From Bacillota bacterium (lineage in GTDB: Bacteria > Bacillota > Clostridia > Acetivibrionales > DTU013), in the NCBI GenBank assembly GCA_023411575.1, contig JAEYOP010000049.1, forward strand, positions 1 through 64,000: a stretch of DNA of 64,000 nt, written 5' to 3'. The translations under genes were made by a program, and so were the position numbers. How positions within the stretch are numbered: position 1 is the first letter of the stretch; each line of letters begins with the position of its first letter. This document shows, one piece after another, positions 47,549-58,567 of this stretch. A model generated the notes under the pieces. That model was given only the letters and a program-made list of their open reading frames with translations. It was not told where the DNA came from and searched no databases.

Positions 47549-48376
47549 ATGAAGACCGAAAAAAAGGGAAGCTGGGCCATGCTGAGCAGTACGGCCATCC
47601 TGTCCATTCTTTATATTTCACCGCTGTATTTCTGCCTGATCTCCGCGTTTAAAACAAACGGGGAAATCATGCGGGACCCCATTGCGTTTCCCTCCGCACT
47701 CCGTTTTGACAACTTCCTGACCTTGTGGAAGGAGACGGATTTTGCCCAGGGCTTCCTGAACAGCCTGTTCCTTACCATCGTTTCGGAAATCCTGATCATC
47801 CTGGTCATCCCCATAGCCGCCTATGCGATCGAGAGAAGCAGCCTGAAAATCGCAAAGCACATCTATATTTATTTCATAGCCGGCATGATGATTCCCTTCT
47901 ATGCCTACATGATCCCCTTGTTCAAGGAGCTGAAGCTCCTGCACCTGTTCGGGAATTATGCCGGGCCCGTGATCGTATACGTGTCCGGGGCGACGGCTTT
48001 CGGCACGCTGCTGTTCACCAGCTTTATAAAGGGGATCCCGAAGGAAATCGAGGAATCCGCCCAGATCGACGGCTGCAGCAATTTCAGGATTTTCTGGAGC
48101 ATCGTGTTTCCGCTTCTGACTCCCTGTACGTCCAGCCTGATCATTCTGAACGGCCTGGGGATCTGGAACGATTACCTGATGCCAAGCTATGTCCTGCCTT
48201 CCGGCAGGCCGAAGACCGTAAACGTGGAGATCTACAAATTCATCGGCGAGCTGGCAAGCAGGTGGGACATTGTATTTGCGGGCGCCGTGTGCGGAATCAT
48301 CCCGATCCTGATCGTCTTCGTCGCCCTCCAGAAATATTTTATCAAGGGCATTACAACCGGTGCTGCCAAAGGCTGA
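47549..48376 (+). CDS. CUT1 sugar ABC permease (UgpE/MalG-like)
   Basis: ESAQIDGCSNF signature and a C-terminal GAAKG. RBS GGGAGGTG. Start overlaps the upstream stop. Confidence 0.85.
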   Translation: MKTEKKGSWAMLSSTAILSILYISPLYFCLISAFKTNGEIMRDPIAFPSALRFDNFLTLWKETDFAQGFLNSLFLTIVSEILIILVIPIAAYAIERSSLKIAKHIYIYFIAGMMIPFYAYMIPLFKELKLLHLFGNYAGPVIVYVSGATAFGTLLFTSFIKGIPKEIEESAQIDGCSNFRIFWSIVFPLLTPCTSSLIILNGLGIWNDYLMPSYVLPSGRPKTVNVEIYKFIGELASRWDIVFAGAVCGIIPILIVFVALQKYFIKGITTGAAKG

Positions 48377-48444
48377 CAACGCTGTTTTTCATCCGGAAGG
48401 TCTGATATAATCGGAGTAAAGGAATAAACGCCGGAAGGCCGGAA

Positions 48445-50319
48445 ATGAAACGACTGAAAAGAGCAGGGCTTTTTAAAAGCATATTCGTCAAATTCACCAT
48501 TGCCTTTATTGCAGTGGGCTTGCTGCCCCTGCTTTTTTTCAGTTATATCTCCCTGGACAGCTTTTCCAGGAAAATGGAGGCCTTTTCGCTGCACAAGATC
48601 GAGCAAAGCGTCGCCTATGACAGCAAAAACCTGGCGAAGGTGGTATCCGACTATAACAACCTGACGAAAAACATGTACAACTATAACAGCGGAAAATACG
48701 GCAGTCTGTCGGATATCCTGAAGAATTCCGAAATTCTTGACCGCAAGGAGGGCTTTTCCGTATCCCAGAAGGAAACCCTGATGGACGTATATACGGCAAA
48801 TACCTTATATTCGGACTGGTACCTGAGCAATGTGGTCTTTATCGATTATGTCAGCGGCAAGGTTTATTCCCGGAGCAAGGACCAGTCGAAGCTGTTCAAT
48901 CCGGATTTCGATTTTCACTCCCTGGAGGGATACGATAAAGTTTTGAGCCGGGAAAGGGAGCTCACCATCCTGACGCCCCATACGGAAAGCTATTATGTAA
49001 GATCGGACCGGCGCGTGGTGACCTTTGCCCGGAACTTCCTGGATATCGACGGGCTGCCCGACAAGGTGATCCTGCTCGGCACCATTTTTCTGGATGTGGA
49101 TCTTGGCCTGTTCGAGGATGTTTTCAAGCGCACGTCGCCTGAAAACTCGGGAGAGGTCTACGTGGTGGATGTCCAGGGCCGCTGCATCTACAGTAGAAAT
49201 GCGGTTGACATCGGCCAAAAGCCGGACTGGTTTGATCGGCAGAATCCCTCTATAAGGGAACTGAATTATTCGGGGTATGTCCTGGACGAGGACGAGTACT
49301 ATATCTTTGAAAGGGTTCAGGACAGCGACTGGATTGTCCTTTACCGGGTGAATATCCGGGAAATCCTCAAGGACGTCCAGGATATCGGCAATTTTGTCAG
49401 CTTCATCATCCTTGCCTGTATCGCTGGCCTCATCCTCGTTTCCCTGATCTTCTCCAACGGCTTTTCCCTTCCTTTGAAGCGGATCACCCGCCAGATGAAG
49501 AAGGTGGAGTCCGGAAACCTGGACGTGAGCGTGGAGGTGAAATCCTCCGACGAGGTCGGGCAGCTCAGCGCGGGGTTCAACAACATGCTCCAGGAGTTGA
49601 AGGGCCATATAGACAAATCCTATCTGGCCAAGATCCGGCAGAGGGAAGCGGAGCTGACGGCCCTCAAGACGCAGATAAGGCCCCACTTTTTGTATAATAC
49701 CCTGGAAGTGATCCGTATGAGCGCGGTCGATGCGGGGGATGACAAGGCGGCCGACATGATCCATTCCTTGTCCGCGCAGTTGAAATATATGATAGGCTAC
49801 AGCGACGATACCGTCACCCTGGAACAGGAAATAGCCATGATCCGGCATTACTTTAAAATCATCGAGGTGCGGTATGACGGGAGAATCAAGCTGGAGGTCA
49901 ACATTCCCGAAGAGCTGCTGAAGCTGAAGATTCTGAAGCTTTCGCTGCAGCCCATCGTCGAAAACGCGGTGATCCATGGAATCCGCCCCAAGGAGGGCGG
50001 CGGACGGGTGCTGATCACGGGGGAAATCCGGGAGGAAAGGCTGGAGCTGTGCGTTTACGACGACGGGACGGGGATGAAGGCGGAGACGGCGGATAAAATC
50101 GACCGGCTGCTTTCCGGCCGGAAGATGGGGGAGGAGACGCCGGAGGGCTGGAAAAGCATCGGAATCAAAAACGTATATGACCGGCTGAAGATGAATTTCG
50201 GAGAAGAGTACGGGCTGGATGTCAAAAGCCGTGAAAACGTGGGGACCATTGTCAAGCTCATAATGCCAGTAATGAATGGGGTGGACGATAAGGATGATAA
50301 AGCTGCTGCTGGCGGATGA
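48445..50319 (+). CDS. Sensor histidine kinase, YesM-like (two TM helices, extracytoplasmic sensor, HAMP, His_kinase, HATPase_c)
   Basis: HAMP (...LKRITRQMKKVESGNLD...), H-box region (TQIRPHFLYNTLEV) and HATPase motifs (DDGTGM). 624 aa. Confidence 0.85.
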   Translation: MKRLKRAGLFKSIFVKFTIAFIAVGLLPLLFFSYISLDSFSRKMEAFSLHKIEQSVAYDSKNLAKVVSDYNNLTKNMYNYNSGKYGSLSDILKNSEILDRKEGFSVSQKETLMDVYTANTLYSDWYLSNVVFIDYVSGKVYSRSKDQSKLFNPDFDFHSLEGYDKVLSRERELTILTPHTESYYVRSDRRVVTFARNFLDIDGLPDKVILLGTIFLDVDLGLFEDVFKRTSPENSGEVYVVDVQGRCIYSRNAVDIGQKPDWFDRQNPSIRELNYSGYVLDEDEYYIFERVQDSDWIVLYRVNIREILKDVQDIGNFVSFIILACIAGLILVSLIFSNGFSLPLKRITRQMKKVESGNLDVSVEVKSSDEVGQLSAGFNNMLQELKGHIDKSYLAKIRQREAELTALKTQIRPHFLYNTLEVIRMSAVDAGDDKAADMIHSLSAQLKYMIGYSDDTVTLEQEIAMIRHYFKIIEVRYDGRIKLEVNIPEELLKLKILKLSLQPIVENAVIHGIRPKEGGGRVLITGEIREERLELCVYDDGTGMKAETADKIDRLLSGRKMGEETPEGWKSIGIKNVYDRLKMNFGEEYGLDVKSRENVGTIVKLIMPVMNGVDDKDDKAAAGG

Positions 50320-51526
50320 CGAGCCCGTGATCGTGCGCGGCCTGAAAAAACTGATCGATTGGAACCAACTGGGGATCGAGGTCATCGGAGAGGCCTTCGG
50401 GGGAAAACAGGCGGAACGGATGATTTTCGACTTCAAGCCGTCTATTGTCATTTCCGATATCTGCATGCCGGAGCTTTCCGGGATCGAAATCCTGAAAATG
50501 ATCCGGGAAAACGGCCTGAACACCAAGGTCATCTTTCTCAGCGGCTACAGGGATTTCAACTATGCCCGGGATGCCGTGACCCTCGGTGCCATTGATTACC
50601 TGCTGAAGCCGATTGACAAGGACCACCTGGAAGGCGCCGTACGGAAGGCAATCGCGGCGTTGGACAGGGAACTGGAGGACATCCGGCTTCGGAGCAAATT
50701 ATCCACTCTGGAGACGGAGGCCCGTGACGCCGCGGCGGATAAATACCTGGACCGGCTCGAGCTGGACCGGGTCGTACCGGAGGATATCCGGAGAATATTC
50801 GCCTCGTACGGCATGGACGGTGAAAACGGCTATTTTACTTTCCTGAGCATTGGAATCAATGACCTGATTCAGAAAAACGACGTCCTGTCGGAGCAGGAAA
50901 TGCGGCTGATCCGGTTTTCCGTTTTCAATCAGATCGCCCACTGGATCGGCCGGGACCGTGGCATTGTCTTTCATATGGGGGACCGGATCTGCGCGGTTCT
51001 GAGGGACGATGGACCGGACACCGGCGCGGAGCATTCGAAGACCGTCGCGGAAGGAATCAGGCGGCATATCAACTCCAGTCTGCATATCGGAATCACCGTG
51101 GGAATAGGGGATACCGTACAAGGGGTCCGCCAGATTCAAAAATCCCATGCCGGCTCCATGAAAATGCTGGATGAAAAGGCCCTGTCCAAAGGCGTTGCTT
51201 CGGGGGCATCCGACATCCGGAAAGTGAAGGACTATATTGAAAAGCACTATATGGAAAATATCACGCTGGATACGGTTGCGGGAATTGCCTGCATGAACGC
51301 CTACTATTTCAGCAGCTTTTTTAAAAAGCACACCGGCGAGAATTTCAAGGACTTCCTGACCCGGCTTCGAATGGAAAAGGCTTTGCAGCTATTGCTGAAT
51401 ACGGACATGAAGACCTACGAAATTGCGGAGCAGGTCGGCTTTAACGATGCCAGGCATTTCAGCGGGATGTTCCGGAAGTATTACGGCAAGAACCCCCTGG
51501 AATACAAAAACAGCCTCCATCTCTAG
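50294..51526 (+). CDS. Response regulator with AraC-type output (YesN-like)
   Basis: REC domain (LLLADDEP...DICMP) plus a C-terminal AraC HTH (...AYYFSSFFKKHTGENFKDFLTRLRMEKALQLL...ARHFSGMFRKYYGKNPLEYK). Overlaps the kinase gene by 26 nt. Confidence 0.85.
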   Translation: MIKLLLADDEPVIVRGLKKLIDWNQLGIEVIGEAFGGKQAERMIFDFKPSIVISDICMPELSGIEILKMIRENGLNTKVIFLSGYRDFNYARDAVTLGAIDYLLKPIDKDHLEGAVRKAIAALDRELEDIRLRSKLSTLETEARDAAADKYLDRLELDRVVPEDIRRIFASYGMDGENGYFTFLSIGINDLIQKNDVLSEQEMRLIRFSVFNQIAHWIGRDRGIVFHMGDRICAVLRDDGPDTGAEHSKTVAEGIRRHINSSLHIGITVGIGDTVQGVRQIQKSHAGSMKMLDEKALSKGVASGASDIRKVKDYIEKHYMENITLDTVAGIACMNAYYFSSFFKKHTGENFKDFLTRLRMEKALQLLLNTDMKTYEIAEQVGFNDARHFSGMFRKYYGKNPLEYKNSLHL

Positions 51527-51721
51527 GAACCCGGACCTTTCTTGCAAATTGCAATAATATTAAATAAATCTGCAACATTTTAAATTTTCTCGCAATGGGG
51601 AGTTTGCTATACTGATTATCGTGTGATAACTATTTCGCGAAAAGTTATTCAGATTCATTTCGATTTCCTCAGGTTGAAAGAGTTCTGCAATCGGACGGTA
51701 CAAAATGAAGGAGGATTTATA

Positions 51722-53062
51722 ATGAAAATGAAAAAGAAAAGCTTGAAGCTCGTGACCCTCGCATTGATAATCGTGTTTGCTCTCACAGCCCTGCTGACAG
51801 GCTGCGGCGCCAAGACGGAAACCGGAACCACGGAAGGGACGGCAGTCGCAACGGCTCCGGCGGAAGACTCGGCCCCCACGGAAGAAGCAAAAGCGGAAGA
51901 ACCCGCGGCAAAAGAGATCGAAGGCACTGTAAAGGTATTCCTCTGGGTCGCGGAAGACCGGATGAAGCTCATCACCGACGAATTCAACAAGGCATATCCG
52001 AAAATCACCATAGAATACTCCATGGCGCCCGCCGTGCAGCCGTATCTTGAAAAGCTCAAGACCATGCTGATCACAAACCAGGCCCCCGACGTTTTCTATG
52101 TCTGCCCTGAAAATATCCAGGACCTGTATGACGGCGGCTATTGCATGGATGTTACAAACCAGCCGTACATCGCCAATGTCAACGACCTGAACAAGCAGCT
52201 GTATACCCGCGACGGCAAGGTGCTTGGCGCATCCGGCGGCAACTGGGTAGGCGGCATCGTATATAATAAGACCGTATTCAAGAAAGCCGGCATCGAGAAG
52301 GAACCGGACACCCTTGCGGAACTGGCGGAAGACATGAAGAAGATCCAGGACATCGGCATCCTGCCCTTTGCCAATCAGCAGCAGGATGCGGCCTGCAACC
52401 TTCTGACCGGAATATTCGGCGCAAACGTCGTTGAAAAAGTACCGGATCACCAGCAGCAGATTTATGCGGGAACAAAGACCAATGCGGATTTCTGGACCGA
52501 ACAGTTCAAAATTTACAATGATTTGTTTGTAAAACCCGGCTATGTTTCCGCAAAGACCATCGGTATCCCGGAAGACAAGCAGATCAATGATTTCGCGCAG
52601 GATAAGCTCGGCATGTACATCGGCGGCGTCTGGTCGCCGGCACAGATCGAAAAAGCGAACCCGAACTGCGATTACGCCATCATGGGCATCCCTGGAACGG
52701 AACCCGGCCCGAAATGGTATTTCGGCGGCCCGATTCCCGCCTATGGCATCTACTCCAAGACGGAAGTCCAGGATGCCGCTCTTCAGTTTACCTCATGGAT
52801 TCACTCCGCAGCGGGCGGCAAGGTCTGCAACGAAGTGCTCGGCGATTTCGAAACCCTGAAGGATTTGCAGACTCCCCTGGATCCCCATCTGGGAGATGTA
52901 GCAGTTAAGGCTGTTGTGAGCGGAAAGCAGTACCTGCCGCTGTTCTGGTGGGAAAAGAATACGGAAACCCTCAGGAAAACGTATCTTGATTCCATACAGA
53001 AGATGATTCTTGGCAAAATGACACCCGAAGAGGCGGCCAAATCGCTGGATACCGCCAAATAG
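51722..53062 (+). CDS. ABC transporter solute-binding lipoprotein (CUT1 family)
   Basis: Lipobox LLTGC after a signal peptide, with a Thr/Glu/Ala-rich linker. RBS GAAGGAGGA. Confidence 0.85.
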   Translation: MKMKKKSLKLVTLALIIVFALTALLTGCGAKTETGTTEGTAVATAPAEDSAPTEEAKAEEPAAKEIEGTVKVFLWVAEDRMKLITDEFNKAYPKITIEYSMAPAVQPYLEKLKTMLITNQAPDVFYVCPENIQDLYDGGYCMDVTNQPYIANVNDLNKQLYTRDGKVLGASGGNWVGGIVYNKTVFKKAGIEKEPDTLAELAEDMKKIQDIGILPFANQQQDAACNLLTGIFGANVVEKVPDHQQQIYAGTKTNADFWTEQFKIYNDLFVKPGYVSAKTIGIPEDKQINDFAQDKLGMYIGGVWSPAQIEKANPNCDYAIMGIPGTEPGPKWYFGGPIPAYGIYSKTEVQDAALQFTSWIHSAAGGKVCNEVLGDFETLKDLQTPLDPHLGDVAVKAVVSGKQYLPLFWWEKNTETLRKTYLDSIQKMILGKMTPEEAAKSLDTAK

Positions 53063-53164
53063 GCAACTTACATGAAATGCAGGGATTTAAAGGGCATCAA
53101 CGTGAAGTTGGTGCCTTTTAAAAATACCTGCAGCCGACGCAAATACTTTTTCAGGGGTGATCAG

Positions 53165-54052
53165 ATGAAAGGGAAACTCAAACGGAATATTCAATTCCAA
53201 CTATTCCTGGTACCGGCTTTTATTTTCTATTTCGCATTTGTTATTTTACCGATGCTTATGAGCTTTGCCTATAGCTTTACCGGGTTAACGTTTACAAAGC
53301 CCGAATACCATTTTATAGGCCTGGAAAATTACACTAAGCTTTTTGCAGATGAAGTTGTTACGAACTCGCTGAGCTATACAATGATCTATACGATAGGAAC
53401 TACCATTTTGATCACTCTTTGCTGCGTTCCGCTGGCGCTTTTACTGGACAGCCGGTTCGCCGGAAGGAATATGTACAGGGCGGTGTTCTATTTCCCCTCC
53501 TGTATCGGGGCGTTTATTTTCGGATATGTATTCCGGTATCTGTTGTCCTCGGATGATCTGGGCTTTCTCAATATGCTTCTGATCAACCTCTTCGGAATCG
53601 AAGCCATTCCGTTTTTGTCGGAAATCTTCTGGGCACGGCTTTGTACAATACTGGTGTGCGTCTGGATGGCCACCGGCTGGAATGCGACCATTTACCTCGC
53701 TTACCTCCAGTCCATTCCGGAGGAGCTGTATGAATCGGCCCGTATAGACGGGGCCAATACCGTGCAGAGAGTAAGATATATCACGCTGCCGCTGCTGACG
53801 CCGGCTGCGAAGATCAGCATCATGACTCTGCTGACCGGCGGACTCAGAGTATTCGAACTGCCCTTCGCCCTTACGAGCGGAGGCCCGGCAAGGTCCACCT
53901 CTTCGATCACCCAGGCTTTAATCATCCGGGGCATTACGGAAGGGAACATCGGGTATGCCTGCTCCCTCGGCGTAGTATTCCTGGTATTGATTCTGGTTGT
54001 TACGCTGGTTGAAACTCAGGGCATGTCGAAGCTGGAAGAGAGGGTGAGCTGA
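53165..54052 (+). CDS. CUT1 sugar ABC permease
   Basis: ESARIDGANTV signature. RBS AGGGGTGA. Confidence 0.85.
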   Translation: MKGKLKRNIQFQLFLVPAFIFYFAFVILPMLMSFAYSFTGLTFTKPEYHFIGLENYTKLFADEVVTNSLSYTMIYTIGTTILITLCCVPLALLLDSRFAGRNMYRAVFYFPSCIGAFIFGYVFRYLLSSDDLGFLNMLLINLFGIEAIPFLSEIFWARLCTILVCVWMATGWNATIYLAYLQSIPEELYESARIDGANTVQRVRYITLPLLTPAAKISIMTLLTGGLRVFELPFALTSGGPARSTSSITQALIIRGITEGNIGYACSLGVVFLVLILVVTLVETQGMSKLEERVS

Positions 54053-54871
54053 ATGAGACATAAATGGAAGTACCTGAAAACGTTATTGCTCCTTCCCTTT
54101 GCAGTTGCCGTGGCATACCCGTTTATCTTCATTGTAGCCACGTCGCTGAAGGCACAGACGGAAATCTCGGCTCATCCGTACGGGTTGTTATTTACCCCCA
54201 CGCTTGAAAATTATATTTCGGTATTCGAGCGGTTTTCCATCCTGAGAAGCTTGTTCAATAATATCGAAATTACGTCGATCTCGGTTGCCGGCGTTGTAAT
54301 ATTCGCCGCCATGGCTGCTTACCCGATCATATACAATCCCAATAAATTCAACAAGTTTATGGGCGGCATCATGATCATGGGGTATCTGATCCCCGGACAG
54401 GCCTTGCTGATTCCCCTGTATCAGATCATGATAAAGACGCAGCTGATCAACAAGGTGTATGGCGTAATATTCCTTTATCTGGCGGGCTCCTCCCTGGCGG
54501 TTTATCTATACATGGGCTATATGAAAACCATCCCGAAGGATATGTTCGAAGCCGCCACCATTGACGGCTGCGGTGTCTGGGCGACCTTCTGGAAGGTGAT
54601 ATTCCCCCTGATGACGCCTATTGTGGCTACCGTCGTTATTTTTAATGTGTTCGGGGTGTGGAACGACTTTCTCAATCCCTATCTTTTCCTGAGTTCGCCG
54701 AAAAATGCTACGCTGATCCTGCAGGTCCAGAAGACCAGGGACCAGTTTGCCGTAGAATGGGGTCTCGGGCTAGCCATCACCTCCATTATCATGATTCCGC
54801 TGTTCTTCTTCTACGTCTTTACGCAGAAATATCTGATAAAAGGCATGACCAGCGGCGCCATTAAGGGATGA
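54053..54871 (+). CDS. CUT1 sugar ABC permease
   Basis: EAATIDGCGVW signature and a C-terminal GAIKG. RBS GAGAGGGTGAG. Confidence 0.85.
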   Translation: MRHKWKYLKTLLLLPFAVAVAYPFIFIVATSLKAQTEISAHPYGLLFTPTLENYISVFERFSILRSLFNNIEITSISVAGVVIFAAMAAYPIIYNPNKFNKFMGGIMIMGYLIPGQALLIPLYQIMIKTQLINKVYGVIFLYLAGSSLAVYLYMGYMKTIPKDMFEAATIDGCGVWATFWKVIFPLMTPIVATVVIFNVFGVWNDFLNPYLFLSSPKNATLILQVQKTRDQFAVEWGLGLAITSIIMIPLFFFYVFTQKYLIKGMTSGAIKG

Positions 54872-55008
54872 CCGAATCATAAAATGGATCCGGACAGAAC
54901 GGGGCATGGCGAAGGCCCGCCCCTGAATTTTCTTATATTGCGGGGGGTGTACGGTCGGGTTATAATAGTTATGTCAACAGTACTATGCTGCCTGACAAGA
55001 GGAGCGAT

Positions 55009-56817
55009 ATGATAAAGGAAACCATCTCCCTTTCGCCGTTTATTCAAAAAAAATCCGTTATATTCGCGATCTTTCTGACCTTTCTTCTGGTGAATATGGT
55101 GATCTTTTTAGCAATGGTTTTTTTCACAACCAATAATTCTTCCAACATTCTTACGGGGGAAATCACCGTCTATACGGAAAAAATCATCGAGCAGGCCATC
55201 GCCAATCTGGACTACAATCTTGCCGACGTGCAGTCGCCCCTGATCATGCTGTCCAATAACAAAACCATCCTTACCTGTCTCCAGGACTACCAGAACATGA
55301 GCGACGCGGACAAGTATACGAACAAAAAGGAAATTTTGAATGTCATCGCGGGATACTGGCTGAAGCCCCTGATTTCCGACCTGATCATCGTCGGAAACAA
55401 CGGGTTCTTTTTCAATTCCACGGAAAATTCCCTGAAGTGGGATTATGACTTCCTGGGACAGCCCTGGTATAAAAATGCCGAAAAAAAGGACAACACTTTT
55501 ATCAATTTTGGGCTGCACCTGCAGAACTATTATAACGAGAACATTTACCGGAAAAGCGACCGGCTTACCATTTCCATAGGACTGCCGGTAAAAGCCTCCG
55601 GCGGCGCGGAGCTCGGTACGGTCCTGTGCGACCTGGAACTGAGCAAGCTCAATGACATCCTGAAGCTGAACACCTTTGAAAAGAGCGGGTATATCTTCCT
55701 GACCGACGACCGGGGAAAGATCCTGGCCCATAAGAACAGCGACCTGATCGGAGAGGATTTCGGCCTGAAGGACCGGTCCGTCATCCTGAACGGGAAACAG
55801 GGCAGTTTTATCACGGAAGGCCCGGAAGGAAAGCTGCTGCTGGTTTACCATACTTCCAGGATCGCCGGCCTGAAGCTGATATCGGTGATTCCCATCAATG
55901 AAATAGAAGAGCATTCCCTGGCGCTGAAGCGCAATATCATCCGGATCTTCATGATCTCCCTGCTGGTCCAGGTCATCGTCTATTTTATCGTGGTCCTTTT
56001 TATCTCCAAGCCCTTCAAGAAATTGATCCATTCCATCGACAACGTCCGACTGGAGGACCTGTCTGTCAAAAGCGGGGATTATCAGTTCTGGGAATTGAAT
56101 GTGATCGGGCGGAAATTCGAGGAACTGATCGAACGGCTCAAGAATTTGATCCGGGAAAACTACGATTCGAAGCTGAGCCTGAAGGAGGCCGAACTGGAAA
56201 ACCTGCAGGCCCAGATCAATCCCCACATGCTGTACAATACGCTGCAAATCCTGCAGACCGAGATCGTCTGCGGCAATATCGAGGAGTCCGACCGGATCGT
56301 GCTTTCCCTCAGCGAGCTGTTCCGGTATTCCGTCCACAAGGAAAAAGAAATGGTCTATATATCCCAGGAGATTCAATACCTTGAAAATTATTTCAATCTT
56401 TGCTCCAGGAGATTTGACGGGAACCTGAAGGCCGTCTTCGACATTTCAGAGGAGGTCTACAATTTCAAAATCCCGAGGCTGCTGTTCCAGCCGATCATTG
56501 AAAACTGCATCATCCACGGCTTCAAGGAGTGCCCGGAGAACGGCGAAATCCTCATATCCGCCAGGATAGTCCCGGAGGGAATCCTCATTTCCGTCCGGGA
56601 CAATGGGGGAGGCATAGGGCCCGCCAGGCTCGAGCAATTGATCCGCCACATCAATGATCCTTCTGCCGCGGATTCCAACATCGGCCTTCGGAATGTCCAT
56701 CAGAGAATACGTCTTAAATATGGAGAACGATACGGGATAAGCCTTCGCAGCGTAAAAGGGGAATATACGGTTGTGGACATGCTCATCGCCCGTTTCGAAG
56801 GGGGACACAGGCAATGA
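55009..56817 (+). CDS. Sensor histidine kinase, YesM-like
   Basis: Two TM helices, a sensor domain, HAMP, His_kinase (QINPHMLYNTLQ) and HATPase (RDNGGGI). RBS AGAGGAG. Confidence 0.85.
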   Translation: MIKETISLSPFIQKKSVIFAIFLTFLLVNMVIFLAMVFFTTNNSSNILTGEITVYTEKIIEQAIANLDYNLADVQSPLIMLSNNKTILTCLQDYQNMSDADKYTNKKEILNVIAGYWLKPLISDLIIVGNNGFFFNSTENSLKWDYDFLGQPWYKNAEKKDNTFINFGLHLQNYYNENIYRKSDRLTISIGLPVKASGGAELGTVLCDLELSKLNDILKLNTFEKSGYIFLTDDRGKILAHKNSDLIGEDFGLKDRSVILNGKQGSFITEGPEGKLLLVYHTSRIAGLKLISVIPINEIEEHSLALKRNIIRIFMISLLVQVIVYFIVVLFISKPFKKLIHSIDNVRLEDLSVKSGDYQFWELNVIGRKFEELIERLKNLIRENYDSKLSLKEAELENLQAQINPHMLYNTLQILQTEIVCGNIEESDRIVLSLSELFRYSVHKEKEMVYISQEIQYLENYFNLCSRRFDGNLKAVFDISEEVYNFKIPRLLFQPIIENCIIHGFKECPENGEILISARIVPEGILISVRDNGGGIGPARLEQLIRHINDPSAADSNIGLRNVHQRIRLKYGERYGISLRSVKGEYTVVDMLIARFEGGHRQ

Positions 56818-58355
56818 AGCTGCTGATTGTGGACGACCAGTCGTCCGTGCATAAATTTCTGGATACCGTGTTTGACTGGCCTGCCATGGGGATCGCCCAG
56901 GTCGGGCACGCCTTTAACGGGAACGAGGCTCTGGAGCTCATCCGGAGGGCTCCGCCCGATTTGATGATCCTGGACATTAAAATGCCATATATGGACGGAA
57001 TTGAATTGATCCGGGAATTGGAACGCAGCGGGCGGATGGTCCGGATCATCATCCTGAGCGCCTACAATGAGTTTGAATACGCACGGGAGGCTATGAAATA
57101 CGGCTTGAAGGATTATGTGCTCAAGCCGATTGATTCCAAGAAGCTGGGCGATATCATTATGAACGCGATCCGCGAAATCGAGGCGGAGCAGGAGAAATGC
57201 GTCCAGGAGGCGATGAACGCAGCGCTTTACGGCTTTAAGCTGCCGGAGGAAGCCGCCGGAAAGATTTGTTCCGCTTTTGAGCACAGAAACATTCGACAGT
57301 TCTTTCTTATTGCTTTCCTCTGTAGAAATTCAAATGAAGCGGATGTTCTAGGCCAATTGCAGGATGAGCTGAAACGCGATTCCGCGCATCCCTGCAGAAC
57401 TCTTCCCGCCAACGAGGGAGAGCTGCTTGCCCTTGTGCCGCTTTGCCGGGAAGAGGAATTGGAGCAGGCGGCCGGGGTAATCCGGGAAAAATTGGCCGGA
57501 TTCCGCACGGCGCACGGCTGCGACAGCCTGGTTGCGGGCCTCAGCGAGGCGGACTCAGAGGTGGAGCATATGCGGGAGCTGTACCTGCATGCGGTGAAAG
57601 CGACGGAAATGTCCTTTTATTCGAAGGAGGGCTTTTTCCGGTATTCCGCGGAGCTGTTTTCCGAGAAGGCGGAAAAGGAGCTTCCGGATGCGTTGGAGAA
57701 AAACATTATCGACAGTATAAAGCTGAACTTTCAGGAATTCCGGTGCATTGAACTCATCGGAAACTACTTTGACTATTTCCGGAGGAACCCGGTGGCGCCG
57801 GAGCAGGTTGCGCTGTCCCTGATGAACCTGGTCAGCCGGATCAACCTGAGGCTTGTGGAAGAATACAGGGACGGCGGGATTTTTATCGAGGACGTGCCGC
57901 GGGCTTACTGGTCGGAGCACTACTATATCGACGATCTGGAGCTGGCCTTTGCGCAGAATGTCTTCTCCGCCCTCGGCCGGATAAGGTCCAACCGGCCCAA
58001 GACCGATACGGAGATCATCCGGGAGGTCAAAAGGCACATCGACGAAAAATACAACGAGGATTTGTCCCTGGACAGCATTTCGGAAAAATTTTTCATCAGC
58101 AAATACCAGCTCAGCCGGATCTTCAAAAAGGAGATCGGGATCAATTACTGGGATTACATAACCCAGGTCCGGATGGAGAAAGCCCGTCTCCTGATACAGA
58201 ATACGGATATGAAGATGTATGAGATTGCGGAGAAGACGGGCTACGACGACATCAGCCATTTCAGCACCGCCTTCAAGAAGTACTTCGGCAAAAGCCCCAA
58301 GGAATTCAAGGCGCAGCCCGGCGAAAATAACAAAGCCAACCACCTTCCGGGATAG
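56814..58355 (+). CDS. Response regulator with AraC-type output (YesN-like)
   Basis: REC (LLIVDDQ...DIKMP) plus AraC HTH (...SKYQLSRIFKKEIGINYWDYITQVRMEKARLL...ISHFSTAFKKYFGKSPKEFK). ATGA overlap with the kinase stop. Confidence 0.85.
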   Translation: MKLLIVDDQSSVHKFLDTVFDWPAMGIAQVGHAFNGNEALELIRRAPPDLMILDIKMPYMDGIELIRELERSGRMVRIIILSAYNEFEYAREAMKYGLKDYVLKPIDSKKLGDIIMNAIREIEAEQEKCVQEAMNAALYGFKLPEEAAGKICSAFEHRNIRQFFLIAFLCRNSNEADVLGQLQDELKRDSAHPCRTLPANEGELLALVPLCREEELEQAAGVIREKLAGFRTAHGCDSLVAGLSEADSEVEHMRELYLHAVKATEMSFYSKEGFFRYSAELFSEKAEKELPDALEKNIIDSIKLNFQEFRCIELIGNYFDYFRRNPVAPEQVALSLMNLVSRINLRLVEEYRDGGIFIEDVPRAYWSEHYYIDDLELAFAQNVFSALGRIRSNRPKTDTEIIREVKRHIDEKYNEDLSLDSISEKFFISKYQLSRIFKKEIGINYWDYITQVRMEKARLLIQNTDMKMYEIAEKTGYDDISHFSTAFKKYFGKSPKEFKAQPGENNKANHLPG

Positions 58356-58511
58356 CCCGCTCGGGACCGATTTGGTCGTAACGTTCTCGCCCACAAAACA
58401 GTGGATTCGAGACTAAAGACCATTTTGCCGAGGTCAGCAAAATGGTTGAGATCGGTAGTTCGACGCAAAGCCTACCCGGCAGAAACGCATTCCAACTCGG
58501 CACATATAGAA

Positions 58512-58560
58512 AAGCCCCCTTGCCGGCAGATGACATGCTCGGCAAGGGGGTTTTTGCGGC
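58512..58560. terminator. Bidirectional terminator (aaaagcccccttgccggcagatgacatgctcggcaagggggttttt)
   Basis: 11-bp GC-rich stem with flanking A- and T-runs, between the convergent response regulator and GH31 genes. Confidence 0.55.
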
Positions 58561-58567
58561 CGGCCGC